Shown: in pieces, positions 1-11,166 of the stretch
Layout of the letters: the number at the start of each line of letters is the position of its first letter
Numbering within the stretch: the first letter of the stretch is position 1
NCBI GenBank assembly: GCA_002269645.1
Contig: NIVC01000483.1
Location: 62,001 to 126,000, forward strand
DNA: 64,000 nucleotides
Direction of reading: 5' to 3'
Origin: Macrostomum lignano
Taxonomy: Eukaryota
Position numbers and translations under genes: made by a program
Notes under the pieces: model-generated
The model's database searches: none
What the model was told of the DNA's origin: nothing
What the model saw: the letters and a program-made list of their open reading frames with translations, nothing else

Positions 1-172
1 CCAGACACGTTCTTAACCGAACTAGACACGATCTTAACCGAACTAGACACGATCTTAACTGATAGACACGTTCTTAACCGAACTAGACACGTTCTTAACC
101 GAACTAGACACGATCTTAACCGATAGACACGTTCTTAACCGAACTAGACACGTTCTTAACCGAACTAGACAC
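1..172. repeat. 21-bp minisatellite (ACTAGACACGTTCTTAACCGA) with 19-bp variants, truncated by the window edge
   Basis: About 8 directly visible tandem copies. Confidence 0.9.
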
Positions 173-244
173 CTTGATTCACAGAGTGAAAACACATTCT
201 AACAGAATCAGACCAGGGTAGAGCTGTTTAGAGCGCGCTCAAAC

Positions 245-3200
245 TCACTCAGTTTTGCTGCCTTCAGCTCCCTGACCATCTGCCGTGGTGGCAGCGGCAG
301 CGGCTGCGGCGGCAGCGACCTGCCTCACCAGTTCCTTCCTGTCGTCGCCCCAGGCCCGGAATCGCCGAAAGAACTCTTTGTCGGGTCGATCGTGCAAAGC
401 GGCCCAATCCAGGCCCTGAGCAGACCGCGACATCGGATGCCTGCTCAGCCAATCTTGCCGTTTAGCCATCATCTCATCGCTTGTCGTCGTTGCAGCAGCA
501 GCTTCAGCCAAGTCTTTGGACTCGCTTAGCAACTCAATAGCGAGAATGTAGGCCTGGTCTAGCCATCGAATATAAGAGCCGTAGCATTCAGTCTGTTCGA
601 TGACGTCATTGGCCAGGGCAAGGGCTCGTTTGGGATTGCCGGCGGCTCGGTGCAGCCTTTAGAGATGAAAAAAGTATTTAAATTATTGAATCTCAATTAG
701 ATGACCCAAGTTTACCAAATGTTGATCTAATAGCCGAGTTAAACAATTAAAATTGACAGACTCATGCAGTGACTAGCAGACTCAAAATATCAGACTCAAA
801 ATATCATAGATTCGAAATCAACCAGACTCAGAATCTCACAGACTTAAAATCCCAGACTCAGAATTTGACAGACTCAAAATCTCATACTCAAAATCCCAGA
901 CTCAAACTCTCCCAGATTCAAAATCTCCCAGATTCAAAATCTCAAAGGCTCAAATCTCAGAGACTAAAAATCACCCAGACTCAAAATCTCACAGACTCAA
1001 AATCCCAGACTCAAACTCTCCCAGATTCAAAATCTCATAGATTCAAAATCTCTCAGATTCAAAATCTCAAAGGCTCAAATCTCAGAGACTAAAAATCACC
1101 CAGATTCAAAATCTCAAACTCAGAATTTGACAGACTCAAAATCTCACAGACTCAAAATTTCACACTCAAAATCTCACAGACTCAAAATCTCATACTCAAA
1201 ATCCCAGACTCAAACTCTCCCAGATTCAAAATCTCCCAGATTCAAAATCTCCCAGATTCAAAATCTCACAGACTCAAAATCTCAGTATCCAAATCCCAGA
1301 CTTAACATCTCAGACTCAAAATCACCCAGACTCAAAATCTCACAGACTCAAAATCTCACAGACTCAAAACCTCAGACTCAAAAATTTCAGACTCAAAATC
1401 TCAGAATAAAAAATCTGACAGACTAAAAAATGGCCTACTTAGCCAACTGGAGTTTAGCTCTGAGCAGCAGGTGCCCTTGAGCTGGTTGGCTGTCAATCAG
1501 CGCTTCTAGAGCTTCATCAGCCAGCCGCTCAGCCTCCGGACGGTACTCCCCCGAAGGCACATCGGCCAGAAGTCTGCCCAGACAGATTCTGGCTTGCACA
1601 GCTGCCGGACTGTGCCGACCGATGGTATTCGAGAGAATTTCAACAGATTTTCTACCGAATTCGATGGCGACTTGAAGCAGTTCAACTGGCAGGATGGCGG
1701 GGTTCGCTAGGCGAGCAGCTTGGGCTAGATTAGTCATCAAGGAGGCAGCGTTGGGATGCTGAGATGCCGACTCGCCAGAGCTCATTCTGACTGCGGCTAG
1801 AGAAGCTTCCACGTGAGCGACAACTTCTTGGGGCTCCGCAGTTGCACCCTGACCGCGGCGGCTGCGATGACGGAGCCGTAGAAGCTGCGCCAACGACAGG
1901 TGCGACTGGACTTCGGCTAGTAGCGGGTGCTGGTAGCCCAGGATGAGCTGAGCGAATAAAGATGCGTTCTGGAATTTGATGGATAGGAAATTTATTAAAT
2001 TTTATAAGAATGAGGTGAGAATTAGCCTTAGAAACGGAATTGATTTTTCCTAGAAAGAGAGAATAAGTTTCCTATAGAATGAGATCCAATTTTTACGAAA
2101 AGAACGAAGTTTTTTAGCTGATGCGATATTTTCTAAGAATTAGGTGTAATCTAAAAATTATATTTTGTTAGAACAGAACGACATTGGCGGAATTAGTTGG
2201 ATTGATGTTAGCATTCGTCAGCAAATGAAATCAGTGGTTCCTTTGTTTATTGGTGTATTAGGAACGAATAAAGAAAATGGGGAAGATAAAGATATGACGA
2301 TGCGCCTGCCGTATATTTATAGATATGACTTGGTTTTCGAGAAAGTTCTAAAAATATTTTCTACAGTATAACAAATTTAACGTGCTGATTAATTTACAGA
2401 TAATTACACAGATATTTACTATGCTATATCCAGGACGTTTACTATACTATTTACTATAGTACATAATTTAGTATTCATTAATAAATGCTTGAAACTAGCT
2501 CGTAGAATATTTTAGGTGAAGATAAACTTCTGCAAAGATCGCGACATTTGGATTTGTGCATGGTTTCTAGAATGTTAGATTAATACGGTTAATGAAAGTT
2601 TCTCGAACGAAGGGCGGTACAATGTCAAATCGATTCTTATTTAAAATTTACATCGGACTATCTTAAGATACTGACATGGTTTTTAAACCATGAGATACTT
2701 AAGATTGCACCGAATTACTTACTTAAAAGCTAAAAAAATTACACTAAAATAACTATTACTTAAAAAAACTAAATTTTCTGACTTTGGTTTGTTTCCTTCT
2801 TAGAATGACATCGTATAAATTTCGATACAGTAAAAATAAAATTCGTTTTTCATACATATGAGACCAAATAGTTTTCTAGGGATGTTAGAGAAATATTTCC
2901 AAACACTAGAAAATAAAACTTTGCACACCCGTGACCAAACTTACCACAGCAACTTCGACTCCAAAATCATCTTGACAGAAAGCGTTTGAAAATTTGACAA
3001 AGTTTAACAACGACTTGATGTATTCCGGCGATTCTGTTTTGTAAAATTTGCTGAAATAATAATAAATTAAAATTTATGTTAATATTAAGTCAAGCGGGTA
3101 TGGAAATTACAAAAAAGTACTTACTAAGCATGCTGTACGCAAGCAACAGCTAATTTTTCCGCTTTTCCTTCATCGGAATTTGTTAGGTAAAGTTGCAAAG

Positions 3201-5903
3201 CGTGGTAGAGAATTTTGAAGACGGCCTCTGTATCATTAAGATCCACAGTCTAAAATTGATATTTTATTAAATTTTTCAAGTATAAAAGAAATCTTTTCTA
3301 TATTTACTCAAGAGACGACTCAATTTATGTATAATTAACAATTTTAATTCAATAAAAAGTCATTTTGATTTAAATTTTTACTTACTATTTTTCGTTTAAT
3401 TATTTTTTTAATATTAATAAAACGTAATAAAAAATTATCTATACCTAAATATTTAATAGAGTTATTGATCATTTATTTTATCATTTAAAACTATAAGTAA
3501 AACAAATAATAATGAATCCTGTTTAATAAAAGAAAACTCTGCAGGCCCGCACTGGCAAATAATTAATCAATTAATATTCTTATGCTTGCATATTCTAAAA
3601 AATCTAAAAACAAATTAGCATGCACTCACCGAGATGGCGCTACCAAAAGCACCCAACGCGGACGCCAGGCTACCCTGGTCCAGCAGCATCCGACCAATCT
3701 GTGCCTGCAGCAGGGCCTGGTTGTCCATCACTTTTTGGCCAAACGACAAGCGGTTGATTCTGGCCGCCGTGGCCTGTGCCGCCTGACTGGCAGCGTCGGC
3801 CAGCTGGTAGTCGGCGTTGTTGAGCCGGGCTTCCATCAGCCTGACGCTGGCGCGGTAGGTTGGCAGCAGGGCTTCCACGCAGTCGCCGCCGAACCTTTTC
3901 AAGGAGATTAGTGAGAGTTATATACAGTCGCTTGTGTCACAGAGACTATGGTGGCTTTGTGTGTCACATGGATGTAATAAAATGGCAACATGGCCATACA
4001 TGTGCAACACCCTGGCGAGGGGCTTAGCCAAGGTAAGTCACAAAAATGCCAACCCAAAAATAGACATAGCACTAATTAGGTACTGAGACATTTAGCCTTA
4101 AAAATCAAGTCATAGTTACTCCTGCCGTTTACCCAAAATTTTGTTAATTTTAGCACAAAAGCCCCAAATGAATGTCACCGTCGGTCATAGTCATCGGATG
4201 TTGTGATGGAATTATTTTATCACTAGATCGCCGAGCGTTACACTAACAACGTGTGAAACAAGTTTTACTTCAGACAGCTCAGATACTTAAGCAGCCTCAC
4301 CTATTCAGATAGTCGCACAAAGACCCGGCAACTGTCTCGCACTCTCTAAACAGATTGACTCCGGCCAGAAAGTCGAACAGTCGGCCGGCCAAATTTGCCA
4401 GCTTAGTAGCCGCGTACCGCGACCATCGACCGTCGGTGAAAAGTCGTCGACCGTCCGGCCCGGTAGATAAGTTAGCAAACGCGGTTGCTATGGCGTTGCC
4501 AAGGCTAGGCGCATCGGCTAGTAAGTATTTATAAGCCAGATGACGCTTGCGAATGTCGCACAGCAGACGGTGCAGCGGCGAAATGAAGCAGACCAGCATG
4601 AGTCGTTCGGGATTGGCCGAACCGGCGGCTTGCAAGGCGAACTCGTCGGCGGTTCGCAGTCGCGACAGGCATCGACGCTCGTGCTTGGCCGCGGAGCGAC
4701 CGCTGCCGCCGTTAGCTGTCCAGGCTTCGTAAGTTCGAGCCAGGTGCTCGGGCAAGTCCTCCGGTAGGCGACTCAATCGAATAGACGGATTGGCTTCGAG
4801 CTGACTCAGTCTGGACTTGGCCGCCGAGCGTAGCGCCTTCCAACGCTGACGATGCTCTGCAGACGTCGGATCGTCTTCTTGAGGTTGAATCGGCGGCAGC
4901 GGCGGCTGCTGCTGCTGCTGCTCAGAGTGTTGCATTGAGTCTGTGGAACTCGATTTCAGATTGGCTAGATTTGTGCTGTCTAGAAAGTCAACCAGGATTT
5001 GATGATTCCGAGCGGTGGTGGCGTCGACGGTGGATGTTGCCGATAGAGACGTCCTGGGTAGGTGACGGGACTTTGCTTCTAGATCGCTTGCTCTAGAGGT
5101 TCCTCTGGTGTGGATTAGATCTAGAGGGCGATTCTCTGGTGCAGATTAGATCTAGAGGGCGATTCTCTGGTGCAGATTAGATCTAGAGGGCGATTCTCTG
5201 GTGCAGATTAAATGTAGAGGGCGATTCTCTGGTGCAGATTAAATGTAGAGGGCCATTCTCTGGTGTAGATTAGATCTAGAGGGCCATTCTCTGGTGTAGA
5301 TTAGATCTAGAGGGCCATTCTCTGGTCCAGATTAGATCTAGGGGGCTGGTTTTCAGAATAGAGATTCGAGGGCGATTCTCAGAACAGAGATTTGAGGGCG
5401 ATTCTCAGAACAGAGATTTGAGGGCGATTCTCAGAATAGAGATTCGAGGGCGATTCTCAGAATAGAGATTCGAGGGCGATTCTCAGAATAGAGATTTGAG
5501 GGCGATTCTCAGAATAGAGATTTGAGGGCGATTCTCAGAATAGAGATTTGAGGGCGATTCTCAGAATAGAGATTCGAAGAACAGAAGGGCGTTCATTCGG
5601 CAATACTTGCAGCTCACATTCCCACCTGAACTTGTTGTACCACTGGGTGCTGGGATCCTTGCTGGGCAGCATGTCAAGCAGCATTCGCGTCTTCTCAGAC
5701 CTGTTGGCACCGCGGGACACGAAGCGAACATCGGTGTCGCTGAGAATACCTTCACGTCTCAGGTAATCAACCACGGGATCTACATTGAGCTGCTGTACAA
5801 GGCAGACTCGATTGACGCGAAGTCGAAGAACATTTTGGGCCTCTCGTTGGCTCACTGAGCTGACGCGGTCTTGCACAGATCTTGATTTGGGTTTTGAATG
5901 CAA
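245..5903 (-). CDS. CARD-containing APPBP2-like TPR protein (multi-exon; start codon not located)
   Basis: Phase-compatible GT-AG exons on the minus strand: about 5870-5626 (CARD, LRVNRVCLVQQLNVDPVVDYLRREGILSD...EKTRMLLDML), 5053-4301, 3894-3630, 3249-3125, 3050-2945, 1968-1439 and 656-245 (TGA at 247-245, or GTGAGT donor after 249). The translation tracks remembered APPBP2 blocks: LPEDL~LPENI, KRHL, RLMEARLNNADYQLA~RLLHVRNGNCKYHLG, KAEKL~KAEQL, LGYQHP. Confidence 0.8.
769..1425. repeat. Degenerate 16-bp minisatellite (GACTCAAAATCTCACA), intronic
   Basis: Tandem copies visible; the + strand ORFs cycle with a 16-aa period, as expected for a 16-bp unit. Confidence 0.9.
5095..5345. repeat. 31-bp minisatellite (GAGGGCGATTCTCTGGTGCAGATTAGATCTA), intronic
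   Basis: About 8 tandem copies, period 31 (5121 to 5152). Confidence 0.9.
5350..5578. repeat. 26-bp minisatellite (GAGGGCGATTCTCAGAATAGAGATTY), intronic
   Basis: About 8 tandem copies directly adjacent to the 31-bp array. Confidence 0.9.
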
Positions 5904-6983
5904 AAAAGCTTTTTTTCAAAGACTTCTTTCATTTTAATTTTGATAGCCATGCAAAGCAAAATGTCTAACTTTTAATTTAGTTTCTATGCTAAATCATAAT
6001 TAGAAAATTAGCTTTAAGTGCATAATTTAAGAGGAAAAGTTAGAATTGATTTTCAGTAATTTTTATTCCTAAGAAGGTATGGCAGTTATTGATAAATAGC
6101 ATAACAACCTAAAGCAAAGATATTAAACAAAATGCTATAAAAGCATTATTGCAATTATTAAAGCTATTACTGATAAAATAAAAAATCGATATATATATAT
6201 TACCTAGTGACAACTAATATACAATTGTATTTTAAACCAGTTGACCAAAAGTAATATTAATAAGGTTTTTTGTTTAGCACATGCCATATGAATTCTGATG
6301 TTCTGCACTTAATGACTAGACAATGTTAGTAATGTAAATTCTTCTTAAATGATGTACGAGCCTTTTAAAAGCAACAGTCGACAAATAAACAAAACATATG
6401 TCTAAAAATTGGATGTTTAGTAGAGAGGTAAAATTGATCGCATACCTAGATAGATACCTACCGACAAACCATTTTTATTATATGGAGTACACGAATATCT
6501 TAAAATGAAAAACATTGAAGATTAGATTACCTCGAAGAAGCGTTACCAACTTTCTCTTGCAAAGTTGGAAAATTTCTGCTCATTTCCTCTTAAAAAGTAT
6601 CTAGTAGTCTTATTTTTAAACACACGCAAAGTATCCAAAATTGCTAGACTACCTTACAGTCCGTGAGCTATAGATCATTCTTGGGTCTTATTAAACTTGA
6701 AATCGTTCCCCCAAACAAAAAAATACTTACATAAATTTGTTCTTTTTTCAATCTGTTATATCAAAAAACTTTTTATTTATTTGATACTTGCGCTATTACT
6801 ATAGAATTAAGGGCAAAGTAATTTTGTTCAGAAGATTTTGTTTTACTTGTTGTAGCTAATAGTGTCGCTCCTATTCAGTTTAAAATTTGAATATGTTTTC
6901 GGCTATATACAAAATCAAATCATCGGTTTGATCTATACCAGCGTCTTTGTATTTTCCTACTGACAAGAGAAGCAAAGCTCCTA

Positions 6984-8095
6984 ATGGAAGAAGAGCAAAG
7001 CGATTTTGTTATTCCCGTAAAGACGGATACTGACGAATTCGTCTTGCGAGGTCGCCCTTGCGAGCTTTCCTCATTTTCTTTTGTCCCTCCAGAGCGCCAT
7101 GCACCGAGGGAACGTACATATTTCAACGTAGATAAAAATGTAAGATTTTGCCACCAGGGGCGTAGCCAGGAATTTCCTACGGGGGGATACACCAAGGTGA
7201 ATTTTCTACGGGGGGATACACCAAGGTAAAAGTGCTATGACAGAGTCACATGGTATCATGTATAGCAACAAAGGGCAACAAAAAAGTTTTGGTCAGGCTC
7301 TTCGGGGGGGGGATACATCCCCCCTTATCCCCCCCCCTCCCTACGCCCCTGTTTGCCACTAGTATGAAAGTAGCTTCCAGACCATATATAAGCATTTTAT
7401 ATGCCCAGCTGTCCTAAAGTAATACTGGCTTAAACCCTCTAAAGTTAGAACAGACGAAATAATATAGAGTTGGTAAATTTTTTGTCAGTTTTAAGTGATT
7501 TACTTTTATTTTAAAACCCACGAGACTTTGAAAATAGATGATATATAAATAAAGGAAAGGCGAAATTGAAGACTACAACTACCTTAGATGCAGCGCAGTA
7601 TACAGTAAAAATAGATTAAAATTTCAATACATTTCCTCTCTCACCCTAGCTATTGCCTTTACCGCCCATCCCACAGGAACGCTACTCGGCCTATGGCTAC
7701 GATAGGATTTTTCACCAGGAGCGCGATTTCAATGCCAAGCTGCACAGAGACGACAGGGAGCATGCAAAGTCTCAAGGCCTCCAAGTGCATCAGGAGGTAA
7801 TTTAAATGTTTTGTAACGGCTAGTAGTGAACTTTATAAGTTCAAAACATTTACACTGCAAATAATTACATTTTAACGGCTTGGTACGTTGATGATCCGTT
7901 TTAACACGGTTCCTGGATATAACGATATTTCCAGGAAATTTCAAAGCCGGTACCGACTCTCTACTCGTCTGTGTACGGCAAGCGGCTATCGAATCAGCTG
8001 GACCCCCGGATCGGGCGCATTGCCGCGTCGGCATCGTTCAGTCCGAGTTCTACAGGCGAAACGGCACAGAGATCAATGGGCAAGGCGTAGATTAA
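6984..8095 (+). CDS. CFAP90: Cilia- and flagella-associated protein 90 (C5orf49) orthologue, 3 exons
   Basis: Exons 6984-7139 (LSSFSFVPPERHAPRERTYF), 7677-7796 (FNAKLHRDDREHAKSQGLQVHQE) and 7935-8095 (PVPTLYSSVYGKR...DRAHCRVGIVQSEFYRRNG), all with phase-0 GT-AG junctions. The HRDDREHAK and SSVYGKR motifs are those of C5orf49. Exon 3 needs one extra C in the C5 run at 8003-8007. Confidence 0.85.
7155..7351. mobile_element. hAT-type (Tip100-like) MITE in CFAP90 intron 1
   Basis: Perfect 11-bp TIR CAGGGGCGTAG/CTACGCCCCTG; exact 8-bp TSD TTTGCCAC at 7147-7154 and 7352-7359. Confidence 0.9.
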
Positions 8096-9734
8096 GGTTC
8101 AAACGCTCAACTATATTTATTAATTAATAATTACAGCAACGAAATTTTCTCTTTCCTTAATTCTATTCTTGTTATAATAAGCCAACAGTTTATTGTTTAA
8201 TTATATTGCTAAATAATGTTTGATAGAGTTCATTCGTGTTCCCGTATAGAACTGGATTTGAACTGTTCTAATATGCGAAATAAACAAATACATGTCCACG
8301 TATCTTTGTTCTTTTGCATTCCTAATGAGATGAGTTCAACTTTTATTGTCTTCATTATTTAGTTTAACGTACATCTGTACATGTACGGAACGAAAAGGAC
8401 GAAATCCAGCATTCTGATGCCGTAGTTTTTTTATCTTGTTAGCTGCCCACTGAGTTGCAGATGGCCCGTCTCTGGAGGTCACGCCCACTTTCCTTTTCTT
8501 CACAGGACGGCTCTTTCAGTTCAGTGTTGTCACTCTGAGTGCCAATACTGAGAAATCCCCCAGCCGGTTCGTCTTGGTCACGCACTGCCGCCGTGCTCGC
8601 TCGGACAAAATCTGCTTCCATCGCTGCATCTTGATGAAGGCATATTCTGATTGCCGCTGTGAAGTCTCATTGTCTGCAAGTTAAAAAATATTGTGTTCTG
8701 AATTCCTGGGATTGTAACTCCAACTGTGCCCCCCAAGCGCCAACCTAAAGGGTGAAATGGATCTTTTTGGCGCCGAGTGCCATTTTTTATGCCCTGTTGG
8801 ATCTTTCAAGAGGAGTAGAATAATGAGGGGTAATATATAGGGTGACACACAACAGAGGGTCGCGTCTCGGTGGGGGTGGGTGGAGCGAGCCAATCAAATG
8901 TGATTCCCGCGGGAATGACCCGTGGGAATCCCGCGGGAAATCAGTTCCTAATTCCCGTGGCCATGACTGTACACTGTAAATCGTAAAAATAACAGCGATT
9001 ATTGATAAGAGTATCAATAATTCCTATACAGTATTCGCCCACTATAAGCAAAATTCTCGTTGTATTTATATTAAGTTATAATTTAAATCCATCATATATA
9101 TTAATGGACAACTGAAGTATTAAAAATAATTTTACGTTTGCAAACAAAAGATAAGATTTTTTTGTTAATTTAATACAAACGTAAGAGAACATATTGATTT
9201 TCAAGTCCCAAAAATTGTTTATTAAGAATGAAAAACCCAAGTAGGGTCTGTATACTTATACGGCCAGTTTATGCCTGTAAATATGCAGGATGCAGAAGCA
9301 GATTTTACCAAAAACCACAGAAGCAAACACAATAGAAAAAACAATTCAACCAAAAAATATTGATTAATAGAACAATACCGATTGCCACAGTTTCAGTGAG
9401 TATTAATCTCACGTTTTTAGCAGCTTAGATACGCTTTGTGCAATTCATTGCAGCAAAAAGCCAAATAGTTACCAATGTACGATATTGCAATTGATCATTT
9501 ATCCAAACGTGAAACAGAAAAATAAAATTAATAATAGAATTTCAAGATCACTCAGGCTGGAATTGATGATCAGAAATAGATTATTTTTGAATGGGACAAA
9601 CAGAACAGTTTATTATCAACAAAAGGCGTTCGTTTCAACTTGAGTAGGGCTGAGAGTGGCTTCCGTTACAAACAAGAGAAATGAGAGCTTTGAGAAATGA
9701 GAAATGAGATGCAGAACCTCAGGAGAGAGTGAGA

Positions 9735-10155
9735 TAGGGAGATACTCGTAGTGAGTTGGGAAGATAGTGAGATGGGAAGATAGTGAGATGGGTAGATAGT
9801 GAGATGGGGAGAGAGTGAGATGGGGAGATAGTGAGATGGGGAGATAGTGAGATGGGGAGATAGTGAGATGGGGAGATAGTGAGATGGGGAGATAGTGAGA
9901 TGGGGAGATAGTGAGTTGGGGAGATGGGGAGATGGGGAGAGAGTGAGATGGGGAGAGAGTGAGATGGGGAGATAGAGATAGTGAGTTGGGGAGATGGGAA
10001 GATAGTGAGATGGGGAAAGAGTGAGATGGGGAGAGAGTGAGATGGGAAGATAGTGAGATGGGGAGATAGTGAGATGGGGAGATAGTGAGACGGGGAGAGA
10101 GTGAGATGGGGAGAGAGTGAGATGGGGAGAGAGTGAGACGGGGAGAGAGTGAGAT
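9735..10155. repeat. 16-bp purine-rich minisatellite (GTGAGATGGGGAGATA)
   Basis: Tandem copies just 3' of the first calmodulin-like gene. Confidence 0.9.
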
Positions 10156-10234
10156 TGGAAAAGGTTTAGGAGAAGCTGGCTGGCCAAAAACGAGTCGGCT
10201 GCTCAAAGCTCCGATATGTAGAATCCCCTTGGTC

Positions 10235-10735
10235 TCAACGGAAGATCCTCATGCTGGCCGCCAGGCTGCTGAACTCCTCAAAGCTGATCTGACCGTCTCC
10301 GTCGGTGTCAGCGGCCGCCATCATCTGGTCGAGGTCGTGCTCGCTCAGGCCCTCCTCTAACAGGTCGTTCATCACGTGAGCCAGCTCAGCCCTGGAGATG
10401 AAGCCGTCCTTGTTTCTGTCCAGCAGCTCAAAAATTCGCTTCCTCTCGTCGACATCTTCATCTGTCGATGCCGATGTCGACTTGCCGTTGGCTTTCTCGG
10501 CGAAGGCGTCCATCATGGCTACGAACTCGGAGAATTCCAACCGGCCGTTGGAGTTCTTGTCGAACTCGCGGATTAGCGAGTCGGCCTCAGCTCGGGTCAG
10601 GGCCTGCCCGGCAGACCGCATCAGCCTGACGAGTTCGCGAGCCTCAATCGCTCCGCTGCCATCGACATCGAATTTGTCGAACACTTCGCGTAGAATCTCC
10701 TGACTGACGGCCCCAGTGCCGCTCTGGTTGGACAT
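10235..10735 (-). CDS. Calmodulin-like protein, four EF-hands, intronless CDS (166 aa)
   Basis: Loops DVDGSGAIEARE, DKNSNGRLEFSE, DRNKDGFISRAE and DTDGDGQISFEE; ATG and stop present. Confidence 0.92.
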   Translation of the reverse strand: MSNQSGTGAVSQEILREVFDKFDVDGSGAIEARELVRLMRSAGQALTRAEADSLIREFDKNSNGRLEFSEFVAMMDAFAEKANGKSTSASTDEDVDERKRIFELLDRNKDGFISRAELAHVMNDLLEEGLSEHDLDQMMAAADTDGDGQISFEEFSSLAASMRIFR

Positions 10736-11130
10736 TTCACAGCAGTGGCTGTCTGTCGATTTTTGTATTGCAGCGCCTTATCCGGCCGACTGGGAATGCA
10801 AATTGACGAGCAATTCTGCTGCCGCTCTGAAATATGCTGAGTGGAAGGCAGCTCTTGGCAGTGTTTTGAGCGCCGTGTTGGGGTTGGCCTGCAGCCAATG
10901 CTGCTTCTCAGCTCTGCGAGATGCGTTTGCCTCACCTCTCTGCAGCCTGTGACTGGTACACGCCTCTGCTACTCCTCCTGCATGCAGCTTCCAACTCGTC
11001 TCCGTCTGTTTCTCCCTCCCCTTGCAGCTGTTGCTCCCGCGGTAGCCTGTGACAGCTCTTCCCGCTGCCTGCCTGAGCCCTGCTTGACAGCCGCATTGTT
11101 GCTGGGGGGAGTTGGGGACTGCGAAGTACG

Positions 11131-11131
<1 letters not shown>

Positions 11132-11166
<35 letters not shown>
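11132..11166. repeat. (TATC)n microsatellite
   Basis: Direct reading. Confidence 0.9.

Noticed and set aside
9240-9540. Hydrophobic GPCR-like translation on the minus strand
   Set aside because: Stops in all frames, AT-rich composition alone explains the hydrophobic residues, and no receptor motifs are present.
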